NCBI GenBank assembly: GCA_963735595.1
Contig: CAVTLK010000005.1
Coordinates: 608,001 to 672,000, forward strand
Direction: 5' to 3'
Source: an uncultured delta proteobacterium
Lineage (GTDB): Bacteria > Desulfobacterota > Zymogenia > Zymogenales > Zymogenaceae
DNA length: 64,000 bases
The notes beneath the pieces were generated by a model. It was not told the DNA's origin. It saw only the letters and a program-made list of their open reading frames with translations, and did no database searches. The stretch's first letter is position 1, and each line of letters starts with the position of its first letter. Shown here piece after piece: positions 40,727 to 51,517 of the stretch. A program made the position numbers and the translations under genes.

Positions 40727-41039
40727 CGCGGAGGTGATCCCCGCAAAAAAAGATTGACAGCGGTACCGGGGATATGCAAGAATAGCGGCACTATATGGAC
40801 CGAAAACGGAGCACCCAACCCAATGGGGTTTGCCTGAGCACATCCGAATATGATTGTACCAACCGGCCACGGACCGTCATAGTATCCGCTGGCTTTTTTA
40901 CGTTTATACCGCGGGCAGGCGTTTGCTTGTCCGCGGTAGTCATATAAAACCTCTCCGTAACAATTCACTTTCTTTATTCTATCCACTGACAAACCCCTAT
41001 GCAGGGTGAAGCGGGATTTTTAATGCTTTCCTTATGTAC

Positions 41040-41136
41040 GTCATTGCGAGGGAGCTTTAGCGACCGAAGCAATCCCCTGACTGTCACCGATATTGAGGGG
41101 ATTGCCACGCCGCCCTCATGGGCGGCTCGCAATGAC
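41040..41136. repeat. Inverted dimer of the CGTC-type REP-like element (REPIN/MITE-like, 97 bp)
   Basis: gtcattgcgag...gcaatcccct-spacer-aggggattgc...ctcgcaatgac. Confidence 0.8.
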
Positions 41137-41184
41137 ACTCATGCATGAGTTAGGCTAAATGCATTTATTCAGGGAGGACATCCA

Positions 41185-43074
41185 GTGATACTCGTGCTCA
41201 ACAAAGACATCAGCAGCCAGGATAAAGAACGGCTCCGCGACGAGCTGCGCGCCCAGAACCTGATCATAAAAGAGATGAAGGGCGTTGAGGAGACGATCTT
41301 CGGCGTCGTGGGCCAGATCGAGCGGGACATCCGCTATTTCGAGACGCTGCCCGGCGTCTTCCAGGTCATCCCGATCAGCAAGCCCTACAAGCTCGTCAGC
41401 CGGGAGATGCACCCCGCGAGCTCCGTCATCACCGTGGGCGACGTTGTCGTGGGCGGGGACCGACTGGTGGTCATCGCCGGGCCGTGCGGCGTGGAGGGGC
41501 GGCAGCGCACCCTGGAGATCGCCCGGGCCGTGAGGGCCAGCGGCGCGGTACTCTTCCGCGGCGGGGCGTTCAAGCCCCGGACGTCGCCCTATTCCTTCCA
41601 GGGGATGGGGGAGGAGGGTCTCAAGATCCTGGCCGAGGTCAGGGAAGAGACCGGCATGGGCATCGTGACCGAGATGACGGCTGTGGCCCAGGCCGACCTG
41701 ATGATGAAGTACGTGGACGTGGTCCAGATCGGGGCGCGCAACATGCAGAGCTTTGAGCTCCTCAAGACCGTCGGGCGGCTCAACAAGCCGGTCCTCCTGA
41801 AGCGGGGGATATCGGCCACCATCGAGGAATGGCTCATGGCCGCCGAGTATATCCTGTCGGAGGGAAACGACAGGGTCATCCTCTGCGAGCGGGGGATCAG
41901 GACGTTCGAGACCTATACCCGAAACACGCTTGACCTCACGGCTATCCCGGTGGTCAAGAAGCTCTCTCATCTCCCGGTCATCGTGGACCCGAGCCACGCA
42001 ACCGGCATCCGCGAAAAGGTCAGCCCCATGGCGCGCGCGGCGATTGCCGCCGGGGCCGACGGGATTATCGTGGAGGTCCACACCGAGCCGGAAAAGGCGC
42101 TCTCCGACGGGCCCCAGAGCCTCTACCCGCACCAGTTTGAACAGCTCATGCGTGACCTCTCGGTGATCGCCCCGGTGGTGGGCAAGCAGCTTGACTTTGG
42201 CTACATCCAGAAGGCCCGCATCATGGCGCGTCCCGTGGGGAAGGCCGGTGCGCCGGCCCGGGTCGTCTACCGCGGCGCCCCCGGCTCCTCCGGCCACCGG
42301 GCGGCCGCCCAGTTCTTCGGGGCGGACCAGAGCGAGGCGCGCCCGGCCTTTGCCGAGGTCTTCGAGGCGGTGGCGGCGGGCCAGGCGGCCTTCGGGATCA
42401 TCCCGCTGGAAAACTCGCTGACGGGAAGCATCCACGAGAACTACGACCTCCTGATGGCGCACGACCTCACGATCGTGGGCGAGCTGACGCTCAGGATCGT
42501 CCACAGCCTGATCGGCCGCAAGGTCGCGGGGCTTTCCGACATCCGGCGGGTCTACGCCACGCCCCAGGTCTTCGAGCGGTGCGCCGGTTTTCTCGAACAA
42601 CACCCCCAATGGGACGCCGTGGCCGTCAAGGACACGACCGCCGGGGTTATCCGGGTGAAGGAATCGAAGGGAAAACACGAGGCGGCCGTCGGTAGCCTTG
42701 AGAGCGCCCAACTCTTTGATCTTACGGTCCTCAAGGAGGGGATCGAGACCAGCCCCCGCAACTTCACGCGCTTTGCGGTTATCGCGGCCGAAGACCCGTT
42801 CGAGGGGCCGAAAGAGAAATCGTCCATCGTCTTTTCGGTGGCAGACCGGCCCGGAGCGCTATTCGAAACGCTCAAGGTCTTCGCCGACCGAACTATTAAT
42901 ATGGTCAAGCTCGAATCGAGGCCCGTTCCGGACAAATCGACGAGCTACCTTTTTTACGTCGATATGGAGATCGACATCAACGACCCGGCCTACGGGGACG
43001 TTCTGGGAGAGCTGAAAAATAGCACCCAGTACCTGAAGCTGTTGGGGACTTACCGGAAGGGGGCGACGATGTGA
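41185..43074 (+). CDS. aroF: Fused type I-beta DAHP synthase and prephenate dehydratase (with ACT)
   Basis: [28 protein letters not shown]; then [20 protein letters not shown]. Confidence 0.92.
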   Translation: MILVLNKDISSQDKERLRDELRAQNLIIKEMKGVEETIFGVVGQIERDIRYFETLPGVFQVIPISKPYKLVSREMHPASSVITVGDVVVGGDRLVVIAGPCGVEGRQRTLEIARAVRASGAVLFRGGAFKPRTSPYSFQGMGEEGLKILAEVREETGMGIVTEMTAVAQADLMMKYVDVVQIGARNMQSFELLKTVGRLNKPVLLKRGISATIEEWLMAAEYILSEGNDRVILCERGIRTFETYTRNTLDLTAIPVVKKLSHLPVIVDPSHATGIREKVSPMARAAIAAGADGIIVEVHTEPEKALSDGPQSLYPHQFEQLMRDLSVIAPVVGKQLDFGYIQKARIMARPVGKAGAPARVVYRGAPGSSGHRAAAQFFGADQSEARPAFAEVFEAVAAGQAAFGIIPLENSLTGSIHENYDLLMAHDLTIVGELTLRIVHSLIGRKVAGLSDIRRVYATPQVFERCAGFLEQHPQWDAVAVKDTTAGVIRVKESKGKHEAAVGSLESAQLFDLTVLKEGIETSPRNFTRFAVIAAEDPFEGPKEKSSIVFSVADRPGALFETLKVFADRTINMVKLESRPVPDKSTSYLFYVDMEIDINDPAYGDVLGELKNSTQYLKLLGTYRKGATM

Positions 43075-43143
43075 TACCAAAAAATTATTACCGGTTCGAC
43101 GTCGATATGCTATGATGGGCAAAACCGTGAGGAGGCCGTTACC

Positions 43144-43617
43144 ATGCGGAAGGCATTATTGCTGGCGGCTACGGTCGCCGTCTCATTTCTCCCCGGCGCC
43201 GTCGGGTCTCTCTTTACCGCGCCGGCGATCCCGACCTGGTATGCCGGACTGATTAAGCCCGCCTACAATCCGCCCGACTGGGTCTTCGGGCCGGCCTGGA
43301 CACTCCTCTACCTGCTGATGGGGATTGCCCTCTTCCTTGTCGTCAGAGACGGGATGAGTCAGCGGCGGATGAAGGCCGCCGTCGTTGCCTTTGCGGCCCA
43401 GCTTTTTCTCAACGGCCTCTGGTCGTATGTCTTCTTCGGCCTGAAGTCGCCCGGGTGGGCGCTCGTGGAAATCGCGGCGCTCTGGGTTTCCATCGTCATC
43501 TCTCTTGTCCTTTTCTTCCGAGTATCAAGGGCGGCGGGCCTGCTGCTCGTCCCGTATCTCGGCTGGGTAACGTTTGCGGCCCTGCTAAACGGGGCGATAT
43601 GGCGTCTCAACGGGTAG
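43144..43617 (+). CDS. tspO: TspO/MBR family protein
   Basis: WY..L.KP.YNPPDWVFGPAWTLLY, LVPYLGW..FA..LN. Confidence 0.92.
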   Translation: MRKALLLAATVAVSFLPGAVGSLFTAPAIPTWYAGLIKPAYNPPDWVFGPAWTLLYLLMGIALFLVVRDGMSQRRMKAAVVAFAAQLFLNGLWSYVFFGLKSPGWALVEIAALWVSIVISLVLFFRVSRAAGLLLVPYLGWVTFAALLNGAIWRLNG

Positions 43618-43707
43618 GAGGCCGTCGGCAGTTTTGGAGGCTGCGCCGCACCGACAGAAAGCCGAAAGGAATATATCATAACCCATACCTATAGGTGTTG
43701 ACTGACG

Positions 43708-44028
43708 ATGATAAGCTGGCTGTTTCTCCTGGTCGCAATTCTCTCGGAGGTAGCGGGGACCATCTGCATGAAGCTCTCGATGGGGCTTACTAAGCTCATT
43801 CCCACCATCGTGATGTTCGTGCTCTACGGGATCAGCTTCACCGCGCTGGCGTTTTCGCTCAAAACCATAGACGTGAGCGTCTCGTACGCCATCTGGTCGG
43901 GGCTGGGCACGGCCGTTATCGCGGTGGCGGGATATTTCATCTTCGGTGAGCCGCTGGGCGCATTCAAGGTCGTCTCTATCTGCCTGATCATCGCCGGGGT
44001 GGTGGGCCTCAATATCGCCGGGCACTGA
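43708..44028 (+). CDS. SMR family small multidrug transporter
   Basis: AILSEVAGT, SYAIWSGLG; four TM segments. Confidence 0.9.
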   Translation: MISWLFLLVAILSEVAGTICMKLSMGLTKLIPTIVMFVLYGISFTALAFSLKTIDVSVSYAIWSGLGTAVIAVAGYFIFGEPLGAFKVVSICLIIAGVVGLNIAGH

Positions 44029-44063
44029 GCCCTTATCGTTAACCCTAAGGGAGGGGACATACG

Positions 44064-45095
44064 GTGGTCGAAAAGAGACAGATGAAAACAGGCGTAGCCT
44101 ACTTCGAGACGAGAAACCTCAGGCACGTCAAGGAGGATCTCGCCGACATGGTGGCGCATAACTGCACCTTTGTCGTCCACACTATGAGCGAGTACGACCT
44201 CAACTTCAACACGCTGGTGATGAAGGATATCGTCTCGCTTTCCCACGATATGGGGCTTGAGGTCTACATCAATCCCTGGGGGGTGGGGCGGGTCTTCGGC
44301 GGCCCGGAGCCCTATTCCCACTGGATCGCCGAGCGGCCCGACCAGTGTCAGAAGATGAACGACGGCAGCCACGCGCCGATCGCGTGCCTGGTCAGCCGGC
44401 CGTTTCGGGACTACGTGAAGTACTGGATCGACCAGGCGGCCGCCACCGGGGCCGACATCGTCTTCTGGGACGAGCCGCACTATTATTACACCCACGAGAT
44501 GCTTTTCGGCGGCGCCGGGCGCGATCGGTGGGCCTGCGCCTGTGACCGGTGCCGGGCGCTCTTTACCGAGCGGTTCGGCCGTGACCTGCCGTCGAACATG
44601 GATGATGACCTCATCGCATTCAGGGACAGGGTCGTGCTCGATCTCTTTTCCGAGATCACGGCTCATGCCGCGGGCCACGGCATGAAAAACGCCGTCTGCG
44701 TCCTGCCGGACGAGAACCCGCTGGTCGGCCTGTCCACGTGGGACGGACTTGCCGAAATAGAGGGCCTCGATATCTTCGGCACCGATCCCTATTGGATGGT
44801 CTTCGACCGGCCCGTCGATCAGTACGTTCGGGCAACGGCGCAGCGGGTGATGGATATCTGCGACAGGACCGGAAAAGAGGCCCAGCTCTGGGTGCAGGCG
44901 TTCCTGATCTGGAAGGGCCGGGAAGAGGAAGTCGCGCGGGCGGTCCAGATCATGGCCGAGGAGGGGATAGCTAACATCGCCGCCTGGGCGTACCTCGGGT
45001 CGGCTTACTGGAACCACAAATGCCAGGACCACGAAAAGGTCTGGGAGATACTGGGCCGGGCCTTTGGGGAGGCGGCGGGCGCACAAAAGCCTTGA
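44064..45095 (+). CDS. Hypothetical protein, glycoside hydrolase-like TIM barrel
   Basis: VFWDEPH, CACDRC, GTDPYW, WVQAF. Confidence 0.6.
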   Translation: MVEKRQMKTGVAYFETRNLRHVKEDLADMVAHNCTFVVHTMSEYDLNFNTLVMKDIVSLSHDMGLEVYINPWGVGRVFGGPEPYSHWIAERPDQCQKMNDGSHAPIACLVSRPFRDYVKYWIDQAAATGADIVFWDEPHYYYTHEMLFGGAGRDRWACACDRCRALFTERFGRDLPSNMDDDLIAFRDRVVLDLFSEITAHAAGHGMKNAVCVLPDENPLVGLSTWDGLAEIEGLDIFGTDPYWMVFDRPVDQYVRATAQRVMDICDRTGKEAQLWVQAFLIWKGREEEVARAVQIMAEEGIANIAAWAYLGSAYWNHKCQDHEKVWEILGRAFGEAAGAQKP

Positions 45096-45356
45096 GCATC
45101 GGCAAGATACATGATAGAATAAGTCATGATTTAAACAGCCCGCCCCGCGGATTTCCGAACCGTTGCACGGCGAGGGCGAGCAAAAGGCCGGAAATAATTT
45201 AGAATTCCCCATTAAAATCTGCGAGGGAAACGCGTTTCGTCTTGACGGTGTTCGCGTTTTCCTATATAAGTGAATGCCGACGCGCCGCGAGGGACGGCGC
45301 GGTTCAGTATGCGAAGTGTCAGAAAATCGATAACGAGAGATATACCGAGGTAACCG

Positions 45357-46880
45357 TTGCTCTACAAAGCGCCGTACGATACTTTTTCCGATTTCATCAT
45401 CGTCAGGGACAAAGACCTGTGCATCAACTGCCGCGTCTGCGAGCGGCAGTGTTCTTACAACGCGCACGTGTACGATCCCGAGACCGACTCGATGAAGGAA
45501 GATAACTCCAAATGCGTAGACTGCCACCGGTGCGAGGCCCTCTGCCCCACCGGGGCGCTCTCCATCCGTGAGAACCCCCGAAACTTCAAGGCAAACGCCA
45601 GTTGGACGGCCTACCACATCAAGAACCTCTACAAGCAGGCCTCCACGGGCGGCATCCTCTTGACCGGGATGGGCAACGACAAGCCCTACAGGATCTACTG
45701 GGACCACATCCTGCTTGACGCCAGCCAGGTCACCAACCCCTCCATCGACCCCCTGAGGGAGCCGATGGAGCTGATTACCTACCTCGGGCGAAAGCCGGAC
45801 GCCGTGGACGTGGTCAGGGAAGGCGGGAAACTCACGCTCAAGACGCCGCTCGAACCCCAGGTCAAGCTCGATTATCCCATCGTCTTTTCGGCAATGAGCT
45901 ACGGCGCCATCAACTATAACGCACACCTTGCCATGGCGAAGGCCGCCAGGGAGTGCGGGATACTTTACAACACGGGCGAAGGCGGGCTCCACCCGACGCT
46001 GTACGACTACGGGCCGTGGACCATCGTCCAGGTCGCCTCGGGCCGCTTCGGCGTGCACGCCGACTACCTGAATGCGGGATCGGCCATCGAGATCAAGGTC
46101 GGGCAGGGGGCAAAACCGGGCATCGGCGGGCACCTGCCCGGTGAGAAGGTCAGCGAAGGGATCAGCCTGACCCGGATGATCCCGACCGGGACCGACGCGC
46201 TCTCGCCCGCGCCGCACCACGATATCTACTCCATCGAGGACCTGCGCCAGCTCATCTACGCCCTCAAGGAGGCCTCCGGCTACGCGAAGCCGGTCTCCGT
46301 CAAGATCGCCGCCGTGCATAACGTGGCGGCCATCGCATCGGGCATGGTGCGGGCAGGCGCAGACATCATCGCCATCGACGGGCTGAGGGGCGGCACGGGC
46401 GCAGCGCCCGTGATGATCCGGGATAACGTCGGGATACCGCTGGAGCTGGCGCTGGCCGCGGTGGACGACCGGCTGCGGCAGGAGGGGATCAGAAACCAGG
46501 CGTCGATACTGGCTGCCGGCGGCATCCGCTGCAGCGCGGACGTAGTCAAGGCCATCGCGCTGGGGGCCGACGCCGTCTACATCGGCACGGCGGCCCTCAT
46601 CGCCATGGGCTGCGGGATGTGCCAGAAGTGCTATACCGGCAAGTGCCCCTGGGGGATCACCACCAACGACCCATACCTGGCTAAGCGGCTCAACCCCGAT
46701 ATCGCCACCGAGCGGCTCATCAACCTCGTCCACGCCTGGGGCCATGAGATACAGGAAATGCTCGGCGGGATGGGGCTCAACGCAATCGAAAGCCTGAGGG
46801 GCAACCGCGAGCGGCTACGGGGCGTGGAGCTTTCCCGGGTGGAGCTGGATATCCTGGGGATCAAGCACGCGGGGGAATAA
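45357..46880 (+). CDS. Glutamate synthase FMN-binding subunit with N-terminal ferredoxin (archaeal-type GltB2)
   Basis: Two CxxCxxC motifs, MSYGA, NTGEGG, QVASGRFGV, GQGAKPGIGG, CYTGKCPWGITT. Confidence 0.93.
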   Translation: MLYKAPYDTFSDFIIVRDKDLCINCRVCERQCSYNAHVYDPETDSMKEDNSKCVDCHRCEALCPTGALSIRENPRNFKANASWTAYHIKNLYKQASTGGILLTGMGNDKPYRIYWDHILLDASQVTNPSIDPLREPMELITYLGRKPDAVDVVREGGKLTLKTPLEPQVKLDYPIVFSAMSYGAINYNAHLAMAKAARECGILYNTGEGGLHPTLYDYGPWTIVQVASGRFGVHADYLNAGSAIEIKVGQGAKPGIGGHLPGEKVSEGISLTRMIPTGTDALSPAPHHDIYSIEDLRQLIYALKEASGYAKPVSVKIAAVHNVAAIASGMVRAGADIIAIDGLRGGTGAAPVMIRDNVGIPLELALAAVDDRLRQEGIRNQASILAAGGIRCSADVVKAIALGADAVYIGTAALIAMGCGMCQKCYTGKCPWGITTNDPYLAKRLNPDIATERLINLVHAWGHEIQEMLGGMGLNAIESLRGNRERLRGVELSRVELDILGIKHAGE

Positions 46881-46924
46881 AGACCCCGGGAATTATATAG
46901 AACGACTATTTATGAGATAATCCC

Positions 46925-47365
46925 ATGAGATACGTCGTGGCCAAAGAGGAGGTCTGCATCGGGTGCCGGCTCTGTGAGATCGCCTGCATCGTGGAACACT
47001 CCCGAACCAAAGACATCGTCAAGACCTACCGGGAAGAAGACCGTCCCGTCTCCCGCGCCCACGTAGAGGAAGAAGGACCGGTCTCCCTTTCGATTACGTG
47101 CCGGCACTGCGAAGACGCCTGGTGTGTCTCGGCCTGCATCACCGGCGCCATGCATAAGCTGCCGGACGGCCGGGTGCTGGTGGATACCGATAAGTGCGTC
47201 GGGTGCTGGTCGTGCGTCATGGCCTGCCGGGTGGGGGCCGTAGCGATGGATGAGGCGGCCCACAGATCGGTCAAGTGCGATCTTTGTGGGGACAGACTAA
47301 CCCCCGCCTGCGTTGAGGCCTGCCCAAACAGGGCGCTGGTTGTCGTCGAGGAGGAAGTCGGATGA
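46925..47365 (+). CDS. 4Fe-4S dicluster (CooF/HydN-like) electron transfer protein
   Basis: CIGCRLCEIAC, CRHC..C..AC, CVGCWSCVMAC, KCDLC..CVEACP. Confidence 0.9.
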   Translation: MRYVVAKEEVCIGCRLCEIACIVEHSRTKDIVKTYREEDRPVSRAHVEEEGPVSLSITCRHCEDAWCVSACITGAMHKLPDGRVLVDTDKCVGCWSCVMACRVGAVAMDEAAHRSVKCDLCGDRLTPACVEACPNRALVVVEEEVG

Positions 47366-48627
47366 ACTATCTCATCATCGGCGGCGGTGTGGCGGCCCTC
47401 GGGGCCATCGACGGCATCCGCTCCATCGATACCACGGGTAAGATTACTCTTGTAACCAACGAGCCGTTTCCCCCCTATTCGCGGCCGGGGATCAGCTACT
47501 GGCTTTCGGGGAAGCTTGCCGACTGGGGCATGCCGCTCCGCGACGAGGCGTTCTACCGGGAGGCCGGCGTAACGATCCTCACCGAAACCCGGGCGGTAAC
47601 GCTCGATACGAAAAAGAAAACGGTCGCCACTGACCGCGCGGGGACAATTGCCTACGATAAGCTGCTCCTGGCCACAGGCGGTGCCCCGATCATCCCCCCC
47701 ATCGAGGGGATCGCGGGGACCGACATGATCTTTACCTTTACCACCTACAACGACGCCCTGACGATCTCGGCAAAAAAGGACCGGATCAGGCGGGCGGTGG
47801 TGGTGGGTGGCGGCCTCATCGGGCTCAAGGCCGCCGAGGCCCTCAACGACATCGGGATTTCGGTCACCGTTGTCGAGCTCATGGATAGAATCCTTTCGCT
47901 GGCCTTCGACAAGACGGCCGGAGACCTGATGAAGAAGCGGCTCGAAAAGGCCGGCATCGCCGTAATAACCGGAGACTCCGTTACTGCGGTTACGGCCGCG
48001 GGCGGCGCCGTATCGGCGACAAAGCTTGGCTCGGGCGCGACGATCGATACGGACGCGCTGGTTGTGGCCGTCGGGGTAAAGCCGGATACGGCGCTTGCCG
48101 CGGCGGCCGGCATCAAGGTCAACCGGGGCATCCTCGTTGACCAGTACCTCATGACGTCGGCGCCGGACGTGTTTGCCGCCGGCGACGTGGTGGAGGCATA
48201 CGACCTGGCGGCAAAGGACCGGCGGGTCACGCCGATCTTGCCCAACGCCTCCCGACAGGGGCGGCAGGCAGGCCGCAACATGGCCGGGGCGGCCGAATCG
48301 TACGAGGGGGGGCTGCCGATGAACTCAATCGGCTTTTACGGGCTTTCGTCGATCAGCGTGGGCCTGGTTAACCCGGCCGAGGGTTCCCCGTACCGGGTCG
48401 TGACGCGCCTGGACGAAGCGTGCGACATCTACCGAAAGCTCATCTTCGATGACGGCAGACTCGTGGGTGCGGTCCTCGTGGGTGACGTGGCGCGGGCCGG
48501 CATCTTTTTCGGTTTGGTAAGGGACGGGACGCCCGTGACCGGCATGGAAGAGAAAATGCTCTCGACGGACTTCGGCCACGTCCACTTCGATAAAGAGGTC
48601 AGGACACAGAGGTTGAAGAGATCATGA
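47362..48627 (+). CDS. NAD(P)/FAD-dependent oxidoreductase (NirB N-terminal-like)
   Basis: IIGGGVAA, LLLATG, VVGGGLIG, FAAGD. Confidence 0.9.
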   Translation: MNYLIIGGGVAALGAIDGIRSIDTTGKITLVTNEPFPPYSRPGISYWLSGKLADWGMPLRDEAFYREAGVTILTETRAVTLDTKKKTVATDRAGTIAYDKLLLATGGAPIIPPIEGIAGTDMIFTFTTYNDALTISAKKDRIRRAVVVGGGLIGLKAAEALNDIGISVTVVELMDRILSLAFDKTAGDLMKKRLEKAGIAVITGDSVTAVTAAGGAVSATKLGSGATIDTDALVVAVGVKPDTALAAAAGIKVNRGILVDQYLMTSAPDVFAAGDVVEAYDLAAKDRRVTPILPNASRQGRQAGRNMAGAAESYEGGLPMNSIGFYGLSSISVGLVNPAEGSPYRVVTRLDEACDIYRKLIFDDGRLVGAVLVGDVARAGIFFGLVRDGTPVTGMEEKMLSTDFGHVHFDKEVRTQRLKRS

Positions 48628-49730
48628 ACCATACCTATCAGAAAGATATCTCGGGATGCGGACTTGCCGGCATCATAAACAGGAAGGGCGAGCGCATCTC
48701 CGGCTCGGTTGTCACCAAGGCCATTTGGAACCAGCACGACCGCGGGAACGGACTGGGGGGCGGGTTCGCCGCCTACGGGATCTATCCCAGCTACCGCGAG
48801 CTCTACGCCTTCCATATCATGTACAGCCACGACCGGGCGCTGGAGGAGACGGAACGGTTCCTGAAAGACAAGATGATCATCCACCACCAGGAATGGATGC
48901 CGATCCGGGAGACGGAGAAGATCCAGAACCATCCCCTTCTGATGCGCTATTTCGTCCTGCCGTCGCACTCTAACGAGGAAAAGCAGAAGCTGGACGTCGG
49001 CACGGTCACCGAGGACGACATCATGGTCGGGCGCGTCATGCACATCAACCACGATATCGACGGTGCCTTCGTCTTTTCGTCCGGCAAGAACATGGGAGCC
49101 TTCAAGGGCGTTGGATTTCCCGAGGACATCAGCGAGTTCTTCCGCCTGGATGAATACCGGGGATATATCTGGACCGCCCACAACCGATTCCCCACCAATA
49201 CCCCCGGCTGGTGGGGCGGGGCGCACCCCTTCACGATCCTGGACTGGTCAATCGTCCATAACGGCGAGATATCCTCCTACGGCATCAATAAGCGCTACCT
49301 GGAGATGTTCGGGTATAAGTGTACGCTTCTGACCGATACCGAGGTGGTAGCCTACATGCTCGACCTGCTCATACGGCGCCACGGCCTTTCCTACGAGGTG
49401 GCCTGCAAGGCGCTGGCCTCCCCCTTCTGGCACGAGATCGATTTGATGGACAAGGACGAAGCCCAGGCGCTGGCGGCGATCAGGATGGTTTACGGATCGT
49501 CGCTTCTTAACGGCCCCTTTGCAATTCTGTTTGCCAACAACCGGGGGCTCGTGGGCCTCAACGACCGGGTGAAGCTCAGACCGCTGGTTGTGGCCGAGCA
49601 GGGGGACTTTGTCTACCTGGCCTCGGAGGAGAGCGCGATACGCGAGATATGCCCGGATGTCGATGAAGTCTGGGCGCCCATCGCCGGAGAGCCGGTGGTC
49701 ACGCTCCTCTCGGATGCGGCCGCGGCATAA
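48624..49730 (+). CDS. Glutamate synthase class II amidotransferase subunit (GltB1)
   Basis: SGCGL, DRGNGLGGGF, AHNRFPTNT, VHNGEI, LRP. Confidence 0.9.
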   Translation: MNHTYQKDISGCGLAGIINRKGERISGSVVTKAIWNQHDRGNGLGGGFAAYGIYPSYRELYAFHIMYSHDRALEETERFLKDKMIIHHQEWMPIRETEKIQNHPLLMRYFVLPSHSNEEKQKLDVGTVTEDDIMVGRVMHINHDIDGAFVFSSGKNMGAFKGVGFPEDISEFFRLDEYRGYIWTAHNRFPTNTPGWWGGAHPFTILDWSIVHNGEISSYGINKRYLEMFGYKCTLLTDTEVVAYMLDLLIRRHGLSYEVACKALASPFWHEIDLMDKDEAQALAAIRMVYGSSLLNGPFAILFANNRGLVGLNDRVKLRPLVVAEQGDFVYLASEESAIREICPDVDEVWAPIAGEPVVTLLSDAAAA

Positions 49731-49741
49731 GGGAAACACAG

Positions 49742-50503
49742 ATGATTCAGAAGAAAGACTCGGCATTCAGGATCGATTCGGCGGGGGTCTACTACAAAGA
49801 CCTCAACAAGGCCGTCAGGGATAAAATCGGTTCCGGCGTCAGGCACTTTGATCTCATCAACGTCAACGGCCAGCGCTATATCGCCGACGCGCTCAAGGCC
49901 GAGATTACCATCGATATACACGGCACGCCGGGCCAGGATATCGGCGCCTTTATGAACGGCCCGATCGTCCGCGTTCACGGCAACGCCCAGGACGGCGTCG
50001 GCAACACTATGGACGGCGGCAAGATAGTGGTGGACGGAATGGTGGGGGACGTCTGCGGCTATGCCATGCGGGGCGGAAAGATCCACATAAAGGGAGACTG
50101 CGGCTACCGGGTGGGAATCCACATGAAGGAGTATTACGAGAAAGTTCCCGTGATCGTGGTGGGGGGTAAGGCAGGGGATTTCTTCGGCGAGTACATGGCG
50201 GGAGGAAGGCTCATCCTGTTAGGGATGTATTCTCGACATCCCGAGCGGCCGATCGCGGGGCTCTTCATGGGAACAGGGATGCACGGCGGGGCGATCTTCG
50301 TGAGAGGCGTAGTGGACGAGAACCGTCTCGGCAAGGAGCTTGGTGTGGCCGAGCCCAGCCAACAGGACAGAGAGATCCTTGAGTTCTTTATCGCCGATTT
50401 TGCCAAGGACTTTGACCTTGACGCCGCCGAGATAATGTCGGAGCCGTTCTACAAATACTACCCAAAATCACTGAGGCCTTACGGCAATCTCTACGCCTAT
50501 TGA
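49742..50503 (+). CDS. Glutamate synthase GXGXG beta-helix subunit (GltB3)
   Basis: GNAQDGVGNTMDGG, GYAMRGG, GEYMAGG, GMHGG. Confidence 0.88.
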   Translation: MIQKKDSAFRIDSAGVYYKDLNKAVRDKIGSGVRHFDLINVNGQRYIADALKAEITIDIHGTPGQDIGAFMNGPIVRVHGNAQDGVGNTMDGGKIVVDGMVGDVCGYAMRGGKIHIKGDCGYRVGIHMKEYYEKVPVIVVGGKAGDFFGEYMAGGRLILLGMYSRHPERPIAGLFMGTGMHGGAIFVRGVVDENRLGKELGVAEPSQQDREILEFFIADFAKDFDLDAAEIMSEPFYKYYPKSLRPYGNLYAY

Positions 50504-50863
50504 GGTTCGGACCTCACACCTGTTGTTACTCACCCTCCGTGGATTGCCTTCCGGGGGGTTTGTATTTCGGCGGTAAACGAGGCGGGCCTTCTCGTGACGC
50601 GGATATATATCGGGCGGGCGCTCGACGGCCGCGGAAACGCTCCTGTCGTCCTCTCGGGTTCGACGCAGAGGCAAAACGGGCGGGGATAGCGTAATCATAC
50701 GTGCATCAATTTAAGAAATCTTTATCATTAATTATAATACGTTTTTCGTTGAAGGGAGGGCGGTAAAGAGGTATACTGTATACATCAGCGTTGTCTCGTC
50801 TTTCATAGCCTCAGCTGATCCGTCCTGTGTCGGAGATCAGGTATACCTATCCGGGAGACGATA

Positions 50864-51430
50864 ATGGTGGAAAAAACGGTATCCAATATTTCGATTCGCG
50901 CGACGATAGACGCCACGTGCGAGATACTGGGCGATAACGGCCTCAAAGCCCTGCTCAACTACGCGAAGCTCGGCTATATCCTGGACAACATCCCCGACTA
51001 CTCTTTTACCAAGAGCTACGAGGAACGCGAATTCAACGGCCTGACTTCGAGTTTCTATTCGATTCTCGGCACGTCCGGCGCCAAGGCCCTTTTCAGGCTA
51101 ATCGGCAAGGCCATCGGCGGTAAAGTCCTCGCGTCCGGGGCCTTTGATTCCCTCAAGGACCTGCCGGCCGATGAAAAGGCCCTCAAGATGCTGGAGATAT
51201 ATGCCATGGCAACGGGAAAGGGGAAGGCCTTTCAAGAGGGAGATATCGTTGTTTACGATAACCCACAGTGCACGGCATGCGTCGGATTGAAGGACAGCAC
51301 CCCCGTTTGCACCGCGCTCAACGGCATGTTCGACGAATACTTCAAATGGGCCGGCGTTACGGATAAAAGGACCGTGGAGACGAAGTGCATCGCAATGGGA
51401 GATACGGCCTGCCGGTACGAGCTGGTTTGA
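50864..51430 (+). CDS. Stand-alone V4R domain protein, copy 1
   Basis: LG.NGLKALLN, CTAC, PVC, ETKCIAMGDTACRY. Confidence 0.8.
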   Translation: MVEKTVSNISIRATIDATCEILGDNGLKALLNYAKLGYILDNIPDYSFTKSYEEREFNGLTSSFYSILGTSGAKALFRLIGKAIGGKVLASGAFDSLKDLPADEKALKMLEIYAMATGKGKAFQEGDIVVYDNPQCTACVGLKDSTPVCTALNGMFDEYFKWAGVTDKRTVETKCIAMGDTACRYELV

Positions 51431-51517
51431 AGATGTAATACGCAAGACGCCGTTAGATATACTTTAACGGATAGGATCATTCACCCATCCTTAATCCATT
51501 CCAGTTAGGAGCGCGAG

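Noticed and set aside
43824..46745. 973-aa minus-strand ORF and other long antisense ORFs (e.g. 41155..42711, 60880..62382)
   Set aside because: Shadow frames of well-supported GC-rich genes on the opposite strand, with no recognisable motifs
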